Below, in pieces: positions 39,719 through 49,592 of a DNA stretch of 64,000 bases; position 1 is the first letter of the stretch, and each line of letters begins with the position of its first letter. A program made the position numbers and the translations under genes. The notes under the pieces were generated by a model. That model worked only from the letters and a program-made list of their open reading frames with translations. It was not told the DNA's origin and did not search any database. The stretch lies in IMG/VR virus record IMGVR_UViG_3300042868_007959, positions 124,001 through 188,000 of that record; one strand, written 5' to 3'.

Positions 39719-40285
39719 ATGAAAAATTTAATCATCATCCTATTATTTTTAAATCCTTTTGTGGATTTTTCTCAAAATCTTTTTACTAAAGAAGAAATTT
39801 TACTTGCCACAGAAGGTGGGGATAGATGGCATAAGGATATTAAAATATCTTTATATGGTAACTACAGTAAACAAGATTCTTTAGATGTAGTTGAAAACAT
39901 TAAGATTTTTAAACCATTAATAAAACCTATCAATATTAGTATGGTTAAAAATATTGATTCCGCCAATGTAGTTATTTATTTCTTAACTGATGATGAGTTT
40001 GGGACTAAGTTCAAATGGAGTAAAGAATTTGTTAAGTTAAGTATAGGTCAATCTTTTATAGAACCTATTAAATACTCAATTAAACGTGTTGATATTCATA
40101 TAGATATTGTTGAAAATAAAGAATTTAAATCTTTTTCTAATACAATTAGACATGAAATGTTTCATATGTTAGGTTTTTATCATTATAGTAAAGAGAATAA
40201 TTCTATATTAGATCACGATCATTATTTAACTGAAAAAGATAAACAAATGATAAAATATCTTTATTCAGATAAATTTAAGGTATAA
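39719..40285 (+). CDS. Exported zinc metallopeptidase (metzincin/DUF2927-like)
   Basis: Signal-like MKNLIIILLFL; RHEMFHMLGFYH = HExxHxxGxxH; SIL and LT..D after it. ATG at 39719 preferred over the TTG at 39665. Confidence 0.8.
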   Translation: MKNLIIILLFLNPFVDFSQNLFTKEEILLATEGGDRWHKDIKISLYGNYSKQDSLDVVENIKIFKPLIKPINISMVKNIDSANVVIYFLTDDEFGTKFKWSKEFVKLSIGQSFIEPIKYSIKRVDIHIDIVENKEFKSFSNTIRHEMFHMLGFYHYSKENNSILDHDHYLTEKDKQMIKYLYSDKFKV

Positions 40286-40313
40286 AAAAAATCACTACGA
40301 TTGTAGTGATTTT
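40284..40313. terminator. Bidirectional terminator between convergent genes
   Basis: AAAATCACTAC-GATT-GTAGTGATTTT with A/T tracts on both sides. Confidence 0.8.
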
Positions 40314-40519
40314 CTTATTTTTGTATTACCTTTTTCATATTTTGGTTCAAACGGACAATGTTTACATCCGTTACCACAACATGATTTTCTATTTAAGTGG
40401 TATGATTCAGTCAATACCATTTTACCATCTTCCCAATAGAAGTCAGTAGGTTGTAATTTAGGTCCAAATTCCCTAACATATAATTGTTGTATCCAATCTT
40501 TTGATGCCCCTACATTCAT
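40295..40519 (-). CDS. DUF5522-like small Cys-rich protein
   Basis: DFYWEDGKMVLTESYHLNRKSCCGNGCKHCPF. Confidence 0.8.
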   Translation of the reverse strand: MNVGASKDWIQQLYVREFGPKLQPTDFYWEDGKMVLTESYHLNRKSCCGNGCKHCPFEPKYEKGNTKIRKSLQS

Positions 40520-40521
40520 AA

Positions 40522-40602
40522 TTAATTATTTTTTCTTATATTATATAACGCTAACAGTACTTGATGTGTTAGCGTTATATCATTACCCCATTTTACTTTC
40601 AT
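40522..40602 (-). CDS. Candidate 26-aa micro-ORF (not in track)
   Basis: MKVKWGNDITLTHQVLLALYNIRKNN*. Starts 3 nt after the nrdJ stop and ends 2 nt before the next ATG. Confidence 0.5.
   Translation of the reverse strand: MKVKWGNDITLTHQVLLALYNIRKNN
40543..40580. repeat. Perfect 14-bp inverted repeat with 10-nt loop
   Basis: ATATAACGCTAACA / TGTTAGCGTTATAT. Confidence 0.9.
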
Positions 40603-40605
40603 ATC

Positions 40606-42465
40606 TTATATAATTTCACAAGCTCCTCCAGCACAAGCAACTTCACCAGAAAGATTAGTATTATCTTGTAACTCAATTACCTTTGTTAAATCGACAGAAG
40701 TTAATGATTTCAATAATGTATCGTAAGTTTCTATTGTACAATCTTCAAATGGTGCCTGTTGGTAAGTACCTCCATTGTATGGTAAAACAGATAATCCATT
40801 ATATGATTTCCTATTTGTCCACATCCATTCACCAGCTAATTCCCAATCTTCCTCTTTTAAAGATATTGTTGCAGATACATTATGACTATTTTGTCCACCT
40901 CTATGTCCTGGTTTAATCCATTCTTGTGATACTTTTTTAACTCTATCCAATAAATCAAAAGGTGATTCATATCTTAAAATTGATCCTTCTGGTGATTTTT
41001 GTGGGATAGAAATAACTGCGGTATCATGCGGTCTAAAAATTTCATCCTCAACTAATTCTGGATGATTTACCGATAGGTATGTATAGATTGCCTCATTTTT
41101 ACCAACTCTAATTCTTCTAACATAATAATCATTATGCCAAGCATGAATACCAGAAGAAGTTCCTAAAACTAATGATGAGGTACCTGATGGTTTAACTGTT
41201 GTAGTTCTAGCTGCCGAATTAATCCCAATTAATTTTGCGACTCTAGAATTCTCTTCTTTAACTGCGTTAGCGGCAGCTTTCATATCATAACCTAAAACTA
41301 CACCTGATCCTATTCCTGTCATTCCAACACCTATTAAGGCATCTTTTTCTGTAGTTCTTTTCCAAACATCTCTTAAATAATGGAAGTCAGTATATCCTGC
41401 CTGAAGTGTTCCAATAAATGCTGCCCCTTTAACTCTTTTTTCAAAATCTTCTTGTGATTCTATATCCGATGCGTTTACCTCACATAGATTACAGAACTGA
41501 TATGGTCTCAAACCTATTTCACAACATGGATTTGTTCCCCAATCTTTATCATTTGAAAAGTAGATTCCTGGTTCGCCAGCACCACTCAATTCAATTCTTT
41601 TCCATAAATCTAAAAAGAATTCTTTAGTAACTTTATGTCTTAATAAAACTGCTGAATTATTAGCTCTACCTCTTTGTGGATTTAATTCCCACCAATTACC
41701 TGATTTACAAGAAATCATTTCGTTATCATCTGCAGAAAATAAACTTATTAATGCTGCTCTACGAATACCACCTGCCAAAACTGCATCTGCAATATGACAA
41801 ACAATATCATGAACTTCAATCGCAGTAAGTTTATCACCATCATTTTTAGAATCTAATACTTTTTTAATATTGTGTATACAATCTTTTAATGGTTGAGGAC
41901 CTGGAGCTTTACCACCAGAAGTTACTAATAACGCACCCTTATGTCTGATGTCAGAAAAATCAAATGTCGGTGTTGATGACTTAACACCTAAATATGATTC
42001 AACCAAAAGTTTAATTGCGTCTGCCCATCCCTCAATAGAATCACTGATTAGATACCTTCTTTTTCTATCGGGATTAGGTTTTCTAATTTCAGGTAATTTT
42101 TCAACATGATGTTTTTGTACTGAATATCCTACTCCAGTTCCACCTAATAAAAGGAACATAGTTTCAGAAAACGCATCAACATGATCAATAGGTAAATATG
42201 CACAATTATATACCCTATTTGGAGAAATTTCAATAGGCTTACCTCCAAATTGTAAACTTCTCATTGAAGGTAAAATCTTTTTATCATAAACTAATTCATA
42301 TACTTCCTCAATATCATCTTTAATATGAGGATATTTTTTTTGGTGCATTTCTTTATTTCTAGTAACCAATTCTTCCCATGTTTCTCTTCTGTTTTTTTCA
42401 GGTAGATACTTGGCGTATTTCATGTAAACAGTAATGTCGGATAAAATCCTATTTGTTAATTCCAT
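40606..42465 (-). CDS. nrdJ: Class II (adenosylcobalamin-dependent) ribonucleotide reductase
   Basis: LPSMRSL, YNCAY, GGTGVG, TNPCCEI, FCNL, TTVKPSGT, C-terminal CAGGAC. Confidence 0.93.
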   Translation of the reverse strand: MELTNRILSDITVYMKYAKYLPEKNRRETWEELVTRNKEMHQKKYPHIKDDIEEVYELVYDKKILPSMRSLQFGGKPIEISPNRVYNCAYLPIDHVDAFSETMFLLLGGTGVGYSVQKHHVEKLPEIRKPNPDRKRRYLISDSIEGWADAIKLLVESYLGVKSSTPTFDFSDIRHKGALLVTSGGKAPGPQPLKDCIHNIKKVLDSKNDGDKLTAIEVHDIVCHIADAVLAGGIRRAALISLFSADDNEMISCKSGNWWELNPQRGRANNSAVLLRHKVTKEFFLDLWKRIELSGAGEPGIYFSNDKDWGTNPCCEIGLRPYQFCNLCEVNASDIESQEDFEKRVKGAAFIGTLQAGYTDFHYLRDVWKRTTEKDALIGVGMTGIGSGVVLGYDMKAAANAVKEENSRVAKLIGINSAARTTTVKPSGTSSLVLGTSSGIHAWHNDYYVRRIRVGKNEAIYTYLSVNHPELVEDEIFRPHDTAVISIPQKSPEGSILRYESPFDLLDRVKKVSQEWIKPGHRGGQNSHNVSATISLKEEDWELAGEWMWTNRKSYNGLSVLPYNGGTYQQAPFEDCTIETYDTLLKSLTSVDLTKVIELQDNTNLSGEVACAGGACEII

Positions 42466-42561
42466 TTTTAAATTTTTTTTAATTTTTTATTTATTAATTT
42501 TTGGTGTGTAAATTTCCATATGACTTATTGTTTAAACCATTATATCTTTTTAAAATCTACT

Positions 42562-43944
42562 TTAATTGAAATTTTCTCTTTTTTTATTTAAAGTATCCTG
42601 TATAAATGAAGAATCCTTTTTCTTAGATAATTTATCATGTTCTAATAAAGTAACATCTCTACTATCACTAGTGTCAATAACTAACGTTCCATTATCAAAT
42701 AAGATGTCTTCAAATACAACACCATCTTTACCAAATCTAGATTTAAGTATGGCTAAAGTTGCTCGTCCCTCTTCTTTCTGTTCTAATGTTTTAGCTGCGG
42801 ATAAAATAAAGTGTCCGATTTGTCCTTTCTTAATAGAACCACCCATCATATGAGCTTCCACTAAATCTGCACCTATTGAACTTCTATTACCTTGAACTGC
42901 AGTCCAACCAGCGACATCTAATTCAGAAATCATAGTTTCGAATTGTCTCATTACATTTCCTTCACCACTATATTCATCTTTAAATTGTTTAGTCGGTTGA
43001 ACACAATCAATATAATCAAGGAATATAATATCAGGTTTTATACCGTTAGATATTAATTTTCTAAGATATTGTCTAATATGTGGTATTGTAGTACCATCAC
43101 TAGGCATTTTCTTTAAAATTAAATTTCCTGATGTATTTTGGAAATTAGATAACTTTTGTTCAACTTCTTCTTTTCTATCACTAAGTTCACCTAAAGGTAC
43201 TTCTGTAAAACAAGTAAAATGTTTTCTTTGAATTACCTTCGGGTTATCCTCAAAAAATATTTGAACAACATTTTTACCCATTTTATAGGCGGTGTTCGCC
43301 ATTCTAGTCATTAATGTAGTTTTACCTACACCAAATGCCGCTAAAATAACACCTAACTCACCTTTGGATAAACCTCCACCCATTAAGTTATCTATCCCCA
43401 CTAACCCAGTAGGTATAGGACTCCTAAAATCATCTGACAAAACATCTTCAATTGCATGAAAAATATCAACACTATCGTCTTTTTCAGTACCTACAGTTAT
43501 AGCTTGTTTAACAATTTCCTCACACTCATCGTAACGATCAAAATCTCCCGTATCTAAGATTTTTTGAATTTTTAAAGTAGCCTTCTTAAGTTCCTGTTGC
43601 TTACAGAATTTAATGGCAACGTCTTGTGTGTGTAAACAATCTTTATTATCTGAATCTTTAACCTCTTTAATTAACTCATTTGCCGATTCTCTCGTAATTT
43701 CTCTTCTTACTTCTGTTTTAATAAGGTTAAATATGGTTTCATAAGACGGTATGGTCTCATACTTTTCATAATAGTTCTTAACACTAGCAACAATCAATCT
43801 CATATACTCATTATCAAAATAATTTGGATCGATTATAGAAATAATACTCTCCGAAAATTTTTGATCTTCTACCAATTGTTTTACTAGTTTTACTTGGAAA
43901 CTGTATCCCAAATACCCTAAATTAGAACTTTCATTTTTTGACAT
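42562..43944 (-). CDS. dnaB: Replicative helicase (DnaB/T4 gp41-like)
   Basis: IPTG, GGGLSKGELGV, Walker A AFGVGKTT, FLDYID, AVQGNR, KSRFG. Confidence 0.92.
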   Translation of the reverse strand: MSKNESSNLGYLGYSFQVKLVKQLVEDQKFSESIISIIDPNYFDNEYMRLIVASVKNYYEKYETIPSYETIFNLIKTEVRREITRESANELIKEVKDSDNKDCLHTQDVAIKFCKQQELKKATLKIQKILDTGDFDRYDECEEIVKQAITVGTEKDDSVDIFHAIEDVLSDDFRSPIPTGLVGIDNLMGGGLSKGELGVILAAFGVGKTTLMTRMANTAYKMGKNVVQIFFEDNPKVIQRKHFTCFTEVPLGELSDRKEEVEQKLSNFQNTSGNLILKKMPSDGTTIPHIRQYLRKLISNGIKPDIIFLDYIDCVQPTKQFKDEYSGEGNVMRQFETMISELDVAGWTAVQGNRSSIGADLVEAHMMGGSIKKGQIGHFILSAAKTLEQKEEGRATLAILKSRFGKDGVVFEDILFDNGTLVIDTSDSRDVTLLEHDKLSKKKDSSFIQDTLNKKRENFN

Positions 43945-43952
43945 AACTTTTT

Positions 43953-44459
43953 TTAGATTTGTTTATTAATAAATATATGACTTAACTCATAACCGCAGTA
44001 ATTTTTTGTATAATTTTTTTGCCCCATTCCTATTTGGATAGTATCGATGATTTTTGGAATTATTTTTCTTATGTCCACATCATATCTTACTTTAGGTGGG
44101 AAATCATTTCCAGTGAAAATCTTCTCAATTATTACTTTACCATCTAACTTAATTTGGAAGGTGAAGAAGTCTTCATTTTCATATATATCTTTTACCTCTG
44201 TATTTTCATCACTATTCTCCACAAAATAATTGTAATACTTATAAAGGTATTCATATGTATTATTTTTGAAGTGTAATTTAATTACATCAACAACATCGTC
44301 TATAATATCTCTCAACTCTATCGAATTAACACAATCTCTGTTAAAATTTTTGATTGGGAAATTTCTACCTACTATTGGATTCCCATTAATCATAAACAAA
44401 AATTCATATGGGTAACTTTGATAACTCTTTTTCGTAACTGCATTCATAACTGTATTCAT
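43953..44459 (-). CDS. Hypothetical protein in replication operon
   Basis: 168 aa; ATGA overlap with the exonuclease gene. Confidence 0.75.
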   Translation of the reverse strand: MNTVMNAVTKKSYQSYPYEFLFMINGNPIVGRNFPIKNFNRDCVNSIELRDIIDDVVDVIKLHFKNNTYEYLYKYYNYFVENSDENTEVKDIYENEDFFTFQIKLDGKVIIEKIFTGNDFPPKVRYDVDIRKIIPKIIDTIQIGMGQKNYTKNYCGYELSHIFINKQI

Positions 44460-45499
44460 TTTAAACTATTATAATATTTTTTTTCTTTTTTAATTAACGA
44501 TAAAAATGGTTGTAAAAAATTTATATACCCATCTTGTCCTCCAGGTATCGCCATCATTAAACCATCTTCCATCATCATCTTTATCACGTTTTTTATTTCT
44601 CTACCTTCAGGATCAATTGTTGTGGACATTAAATAATCTATATCAGATTTTGTGTTTTCAGTTATTAAAGGTTCACTCAGATCAATTAATTTTTCATTAA
44701 CTTCAAAAATTTTGTCTTTTTGGATACCTTTAGTCACTCTATTTATAATATTGTCCAACGATTTTAAATTACTTTTTCTTTCCTTTTGTATATATTCAAT
44801 CTTACTAAAAATATACTCCAAAGTCAAAGTTTTTTCTTTAATTTCAGGAAAAAATTTAAATAGGGTTTTTTCACTTACACCTGTGATTCCTTTTATGTTA
44901 TCACTAGTGTCACCAGATATAATTTTAATTAATTTTAGATTACTATAATGATGGTTGAAGTGTTCTAAATAGTTATCTTTCGTCACTATCTTTTTAAGGT
45001 TAATTAGGTATATTGCAACCCTCTCACCTATTAACTGACACATATCTCTATCATTAGTCATTATAACAACTTTCTCATCTTCTGAGATGTTCTTTACATA
45101 ATAACCTATTAAATCATCTGCTTCGACAATATCATCACTGTACTGTCTTATAAACAATTCTTCACAATAAAATTTTACTCTTTCTTTCTGTAGATATAAA
45201 TCTAGTTCAGATGGTGGTTGATCAACATAAAAATCTTTTTCCCTATTTAATTTATAATCTTTATAAATTTCATATCTCAACCTTCCACTAAATTGACCGT
45301 CCCAAAAAACATAAACTTTATCAAATTTATATTCATTCATCATTTTTCTTAACATAGTAAGGAATTGAAAAATTCCACCTATATGGGTATCTTTATGGTA
45401 AAGATCTTTAGCCCCATAATAGGCGGTTTTAATCAATGAATCTCCATCCACTAATAAAGTTTTTTGAAACGTACTTTCTCTTTTACTTGGGATTTTCAC
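44456..45499 (-). CDS. 5'-3' exonuclease / flap endonuclease (T4 RNase H-like)
   Basis: LLVDG, VFWDG, YK.NR, EADDLI, TNDRD, GDTSDNIKG. Confidence 0.93.
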   Translation of the reverse strand: MKIPSKRESTFQKTLLVDGDSLIKTAYYGAKDLYHKDTHIGGIFQFLTMLRKMMNEYKFDKVYVFWDGQFSGRLRYEIYKDYKLNREKDFYVDQPPSELDLYLQKERVKFYCEELFIRQYSDDIVEADDLIGYYVKNISEDEKVVIMTNDRDMCQLIGERVAIYLINLKKIVTKDNYLEHFNHHYSNLKLIKIISGDTSDNIKGITGVSEKTLFKFFPEIKEKTLTLEYIFSKIEYIQKERKSNLKSLDNIINRVTKGIQKDKIFEVNEKLIDLSEPLITENTKSDIDYLMSTTIDPEGREIKNVIKMMMEDGLMMAIPGGQDGYINFLQPFLSLIKKEKKYYNSLK

Positions 45500-45524
45500 A
45501 AACCATCATTTAATGGTTAAACAA

Positions 45525-46574
45525 TCAAACATCTGAGTAGTCAACAGGTGAATCTATAAATCCTTCTTCTACTACGTCAAAAGATACATCATCACCGAAG
45601 CCTTCAAATACTTCTGCCCAATAATCTTTATTTTCAGTTTTGTAGTCATCTATAGCCTTTTTATCATCTTCGATAAAACCATGTGTAGTTGCCAATATTT
45701 TATTATCAGCGTAACCCAAACCATTCATATGATTTTTATGAATACCTACTTTAGTTCTAATTGCGAAGTTGACTTTTCTACCTTTATTGGTTGCAGATAA
45801 TTTAGATACACTAGCACTTTTTTGGTTTCCAAATAAGAATACCAATGCACAAGATAAATAAATTGAATTTCCACCTTTTGGTTGAATTGTAGGTTGTCCG
45901 AATGGATTATCAGGTATTGCTACCCAAGGTTGGTTCACAAATATCATTGTATTTGTATATGGGTAACTTTCTTTTCTTGATGATGTAATTCTCTGAGCCA
46001 ATCCCATACCCCATTTTTCAGAAATAACTCTAGCAGTATGTTGATTACCTCCCTTACCCTCAAAACTCATTTGACAAGGTATAGTTCCTATTGAGTCCCA
46101 TAAAAATACGATATCATAAGGGATTTCACCATTCTTTTGTGCGTTTAATACTTCATTAACATATTCAAATGCTTGTTCTATAAAATCAAAACCTAATTTA
46201 TATAACAAAAATCCATCCCAATACGCACTTACCTCACCTGTTTTCTCATCTACTTCTTCAATATACTCAGTTTCTAACCCCATTTGTTTGGCGTGTTCAA
46301 AACTAAATTTTTGTTCTGTAATAATAAAAACAGGTAGGATTCCTTTTTTCTGTGCATCTACTGCACTCTTAATTAAGGCAGTAGTTTTTCCTGTGTCAGA
46401 ATGTCCTAATAACATATTAATCTGACCCATAGCTGGTCCTGGTAATCCAGTTGACTTCTGAAAGGCTTCACCTAGATCAAAGTACTTTTGTTCTTTGTAC
46501 TTATCACTAGATGAAAATTTCTTTCTTATAGAAGAGAATTCAGATACTTTTTTCTTTAATGGTGTCTTAGCCAT
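45525..46574 (-). CDS. recA: RecA/UvsX-like recombinase
   Basis: Walker A GHSDTGKTT, TEQKF, WDSIG, IFVNQ, PKGG, KNH. Confidence 0.88.
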   Translation of the reverse strand: MAKTPLKKKVSEFSSIRKKFSSSDKYKEQKYFDLGEAFQKSTGLPGPAMGQINMLLGHSDTGKTTALIKSAVDAQKKGILPVFIITEQKFSFEHAKQMGLETEYIEEVDEKTGEVSAYWDGFLLYKLGFDFIEQAFEYVNEVLNAQKNGEIPYDIVFLWDSIGTIPCQMSFEGKGGNQHTARVISEKWGMGLAQRITSSRKESYPYTNTMIFVNQPWVAIPDNPFGQPTIQPKGGNSIYLSCALVFLFGNQKSASVSKLSATNKGRKVNFAIRTKVGIHKNHMNGLGYADNKILATTHGFIEDDKKAIDDYKTENKDYWAEVFEGFGDDVSFDVVEEGFIDSPVDYSDV

Positions 46575-46583
46575 AGTTTATAA

Positions 46584-47495
46584 TTAAAATGGTAATTCAT
46601 CATCATCCTCATCCAAACTAGTTGGTGCGAAATCATCCTCATCATCATCATCATCTGATGCATCTTGACTCACCAAATCTTTTGATTTAAATGTTTCCGA
46701 TTTCATCATGTTGATCTCTTCACTCAAAGAGGCAGTTTCTTTTTCCTCTTTATCTTCTTCCGCAACAAATTTCTTTTGTTCAGAATCCCAAATAGGTGTT
46801 TTATTTGTCGCCACAATATCTAAGTACTCTTGTGGTTTTTTAGAATACACATCTCTATGTGTCTCTACATTACCAAACCACACATTCGCCTTTTCTTTGT
46901 CAGTAGTTAAAATAGAAACATCGTCAGCCATAATAGAATTTACAACACTGTGTTGTTTATCATTTCTACCTGTAGTCATTAGTAAATCTCTACCTTCTCT
47001 AGGATCACTAATATCACCTTTAAGTTTAAAAAGTGGTATGATTTTATCCATAATACCGTCACCAGTATATTTATGTTTAAATCTCCAAAACTTAACCCCA
47101 TCTTCCTCGTTATCTCTATCAATTCCTTTTACTACATAGAATTTTCTAGCGATAAACTCCTTTGCCAATTTTTTAGCTCTCTCAGAACCATCTTCGTAAA
47201 GGGCATCTTTTGCTTCACATAAAGGACAGTGTTCACCATCGTTTAAATGACTACAATAAATCTTTTCCCATTTACCATTAACTTGTTTTTCATGATAATA
47301 TACCTCGGTGAAAGGACTATTTCCATCTTTGTTAGGTAAAATCCTAAACCTTTTTGTTTGTGACTTAACACCTTTCGGTAATTTTTCACTGAAATACTTC
47401 TTCAGTCTGTCTTCACTAGACATCTTAGTAGTAGTTTTTTTATCTTCAGTATTTTTTTCGTACTGGGATAAAATTGCATCTAAAGTTTTACTCAT
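46584..47495 (-). CDS. ssDNA-binding protein, T4 gp32-like
   Basis: RFRILP, H..C..CPLC zinc site, DPREGRDL, acidic tail ending DDDDELPF. Confidence 0.85.
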   Translation of the reverse strand: MSKTLDAILSQYEKNTEDKKTTTKMSSEDRLKKYFSEKLPKGVKSQTKRFRILPNKDGNSPFTEVYYHEKQVNGKWEKIYCSHLNDGEHCPLCEAKDALYEDGSERAKKLAKEFIARKFYVVKGIDRDNEEDGVKFWRFKHKYTGDGIMDKIIPLFKLKGDISDPREGRDLLMTTGRNDKQHSVVNSIMADDVSILTTDKEKANVWFGNVETHRDVYSKKPQEYLDIVATNKTPIWDSEQKKFVAEEDKEEKETASLSEEINMMKSETFKSKDLVSQDASDDDDDEDDFAPTSLDEDDDELPF

Positions 47496-47523
47496 TTTTT
47501 CTTTTTTAATGATTAATAATATA

Positions 47524-47554
47524 CAAATATACTCATTTTTTATCCGAAAGTCAA
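47524..47554 (-). promoter_or_regulatory. Host-type promoter for the SSB-RecA-exonuclease operon
   Basis: TTGACT-17 nt-TATATTTG fits both sigma70 spacing and the Bacteroidota -7 box. Confidence 0.72.
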
Positions 47555-47576
47555 TAATCTACAGAAAAATAAAAAT

Positions 47577-47604
47577 AAAAAAACCCCACTTTGTTAGTGA
47601 GGTT
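47577..47604 (-). terminator. Intrinsic terminator
   Basis: AACCTCACT-AACAA-AGTGGGGTT plus T tract. Confidence 0.82.
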
Positions 47605-47625
47605 CTTAAATTTTTTCAATTTTGT

Positions 47626-48369
47626 TTAGTCTTCTTCCTTATCTTTATAATTAAAAGAACTTTTTATTTCATTCCTATCAAAATTTTCTACATCACTTTG
47701 TCTTAGAACATATTCTTCTTCGTTTTCTTCAGTGGCTTCATAACCTTCTTTGTCTTTCCAAAAATCTGTTAATTTTACACTATATGGGAATGATTGCATA
47801 GATCTCATTTCTAATCTTTCTACTGGAGTAGGATTTCTTTTTTCAATTTCCTTTTCTAAAGTTTCTATTTTATCAATTACTTTATCCATACCAGATACTT
47901 GATTTTCAAGATCTGTTAATTTTGTTAATAATTCATCCATTTTAGTACTAACTCCTTCAACTGAAGTTTTTGTTGCTTCTGTATTATCAACAATATCTGT
48001 GACATCTACCTCTACTGTATCTTCACCAGATTCAACTTCTGTATCGGCAAATTCATCTTCAATCTCCACATCCTCTTCTTCACCTTCTTCTGGTTCTTTA
48101 TCAGTTTTGGTATCTCCTTCAGGTGCAGGTGTTTCTGTTTTTGATTCGGCTCCAGGTGCGGGTGGTGGGGGTGGAGGTGTTGTAGTCTCTTCATCCGCCA
48201 CATCCATAAATGGATCATCACCAGCAGGATCTTGTTCAGTTAAAAAAGAATCATCAAGTAATAAATCACCATTCTCATCTTTTTCCTTATCTTCAGGAAC
48301 ATAAAAAGTATATTCTAAAAGTTGTTTATATCTTTTTAAATCCTCAGAAATCAATTTTTTATTATTCAT
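47626..48369 (-). CDS. Acidic Pro-rich protein with coiled coil (possible prohead core/scaffold-like)
   Basis: Leader KKLISE, poly-Pro, D/E-rich linker, heptad region. Confidence 0.6.
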   Translation of the reverse strand: MNNKKLISEDLKRYKQLLEYTFYVPEDKEKDENGDLLLDDSFLTEQDPAGDDPFMDVADEETTTPPPPPPAPGAESKTETPAPEGDTKTDKEPEEGEEEDVEIEDEFADTEVESGEDTVEVDVTDIVDNTEATKTSVEGVSTKMDELLTKLTDLENQVSGMDKVIDKIETLEKEIEKRNPTPVERLEMRSMQSFPYSVKLTDFWKDKEGYEATEENEEEYVLRQSDVENFDRNEIKSSFNYKDKEED

Positions 48370-48374
48370 AATTT

Positions 48375-48563
48375 TTATATTAAAAGTTGTCTACCATCGT
48401 TAGTTTTGTAAACTTTATTTACTCTCTCGACAATTTCTTTTCCGTCATTAATTAGACATTCATCACCAACACATTCCTCTTTTTGAGTTTTTTTGTTAGA
48501 TAAAAAATAATCTAATTCATTTTCTAAATTGTCACTATTTTTTTTATTTTTATTATCTTCCAT
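48375..48563 (-). CDS. Small hypothetical protein
   Basis: 62 aa. Late motif at 48581-48588. Confidence 0.7.
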   Translation of the reverse strand: MEDNKNKKNSDNLENELDYFLSNKKTQKEECVGDECLINDGKEIVERVNKVYKTNDGRQLLI

Positions 48564-48595
48564 AACATTTTATTTTATTAATAAATATCTTATTT

Positions 48596-49006
48596 TTAAG
48601 AAAAATCTTTATTTATATCTATAATTTTTAACTCATCATTTTTTATGATAATTATTTTATTCTGATACTCATCCCAGTTAATTTTATATTCTAAATAATT
48701 TATGTTTCCATTTTCTAAATTATTTAATGTTTCTATAAGTTTATTTAAGGCATTAATGGTGTAAAAACACTCACCTTTTTTGTGAACTATTATTGTTGGG
48801 GGATATATAGATGACATATCAATTTTAGTATTATCTACTAATGATACCCTATAAGTGATTATTTTTTTATTATCCTCAAAATATGAGTACTGAAATATAT
48901 TTTCTTCTGATATTTTGAATCTTTTCTGTAGATATTTTTTAAAGGTATCTACTTTATCAACATATACAAATGATGCTAATGTAATAATTTTAGTTGTTGT
49001 CTCCAT
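48596..49006 (-). CDS. Hypothetical protein
   Basis: 136 aa, overlaps the upstream gene. Confidence 0.7.
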   Translation of the reverse strand: METTTKIITLASFVYVDKVDTFKKYLQKRFKISEENIFQYSYFEDNKKIITYRVSLVDNTKIDMSSIYPPTIIVHKKGECFYTINALNKLIETLNNLENGNINYLEYKINWDEYQNKIIIIKNDELKIIDINKDFS

Positions 49007-49592
49007 TTTTAATAATATAGGGGATAAGTCTGTTTTTATTTTTTATCTTAAATAAAAAATCCCTGTAATTATTAAATATCTTAGAATCTATCAAAACACT
49101 ATTTTTTAATTTTTTAATTCTATCTAATACCTTTTCTTTTTTATCATCAAAATATCCAATAATATTCAAATCGATACCAAAAATTATATTTTCACCAAAG
49201 ATATAAACCATATTATTTTCAGACATAAAAATATGTGATTCTTTTAATGTTAAGATTTTCTTTATTATTTTTTTAGTAGTTGATTTTTTACTATATAAAA
49301 TATCTAGATATACATATGGTACATTGTCACCAAAGATATTATAAGTGAACTCTTTGAACTCCTCTATATCTACTTCATAATCTACTTTTCTTTCTTTTGT
49401 GTTGAATGTCCAAAACGTTTTTTGATCAATACATTTATGTAGTATTGATATGGTATTACCATATAATTCTTTAACTAATCCCCAACCAACAATTATAGTC
49501 GGTAAGTCATTATCTATAGAGTGATAATCACTAAAATATTTAAACCCATCTATGTGGATTTCTGAACCTGATACTACATTTCCAAAATACAT
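48990..49592 (-). CDS. Hypothetical protein
   Basis: 200 aa. TATATTTG box at 49597-49604. Confidence 0.7.
   Translation of the reverse strand: MYFGNVVSGSEIHIDGFKYFSDYHSIDNDLPTIIVGWGLVKELYGNTISILHKCIDQKTFWTFNTKERKVDYEVDIEEFKEFTYNIFGDNVPYVYLDILYSKKSTTKKIIKKILTLKESHIFMSENNMVYIFGENIIFGIDLNIIGYFDDKKEKVLDRIKKLKNSVLIDSKIFNNYRDFLFKIKNKNRLIPYIIKNGDNN

Noticed and set aside
42466-42561. Cobalamin riboswitch upstream of nrdJ
   Set aside because: Only 96 nt, extremely AT-rich, with no B12-box or stems.
40606-46574. Inteins or introns in nrdJ, helicase or recA
   Set aside because: Lengths are normal, motifs are contiguous, and no splicing or homing endonuclease signatures are present.
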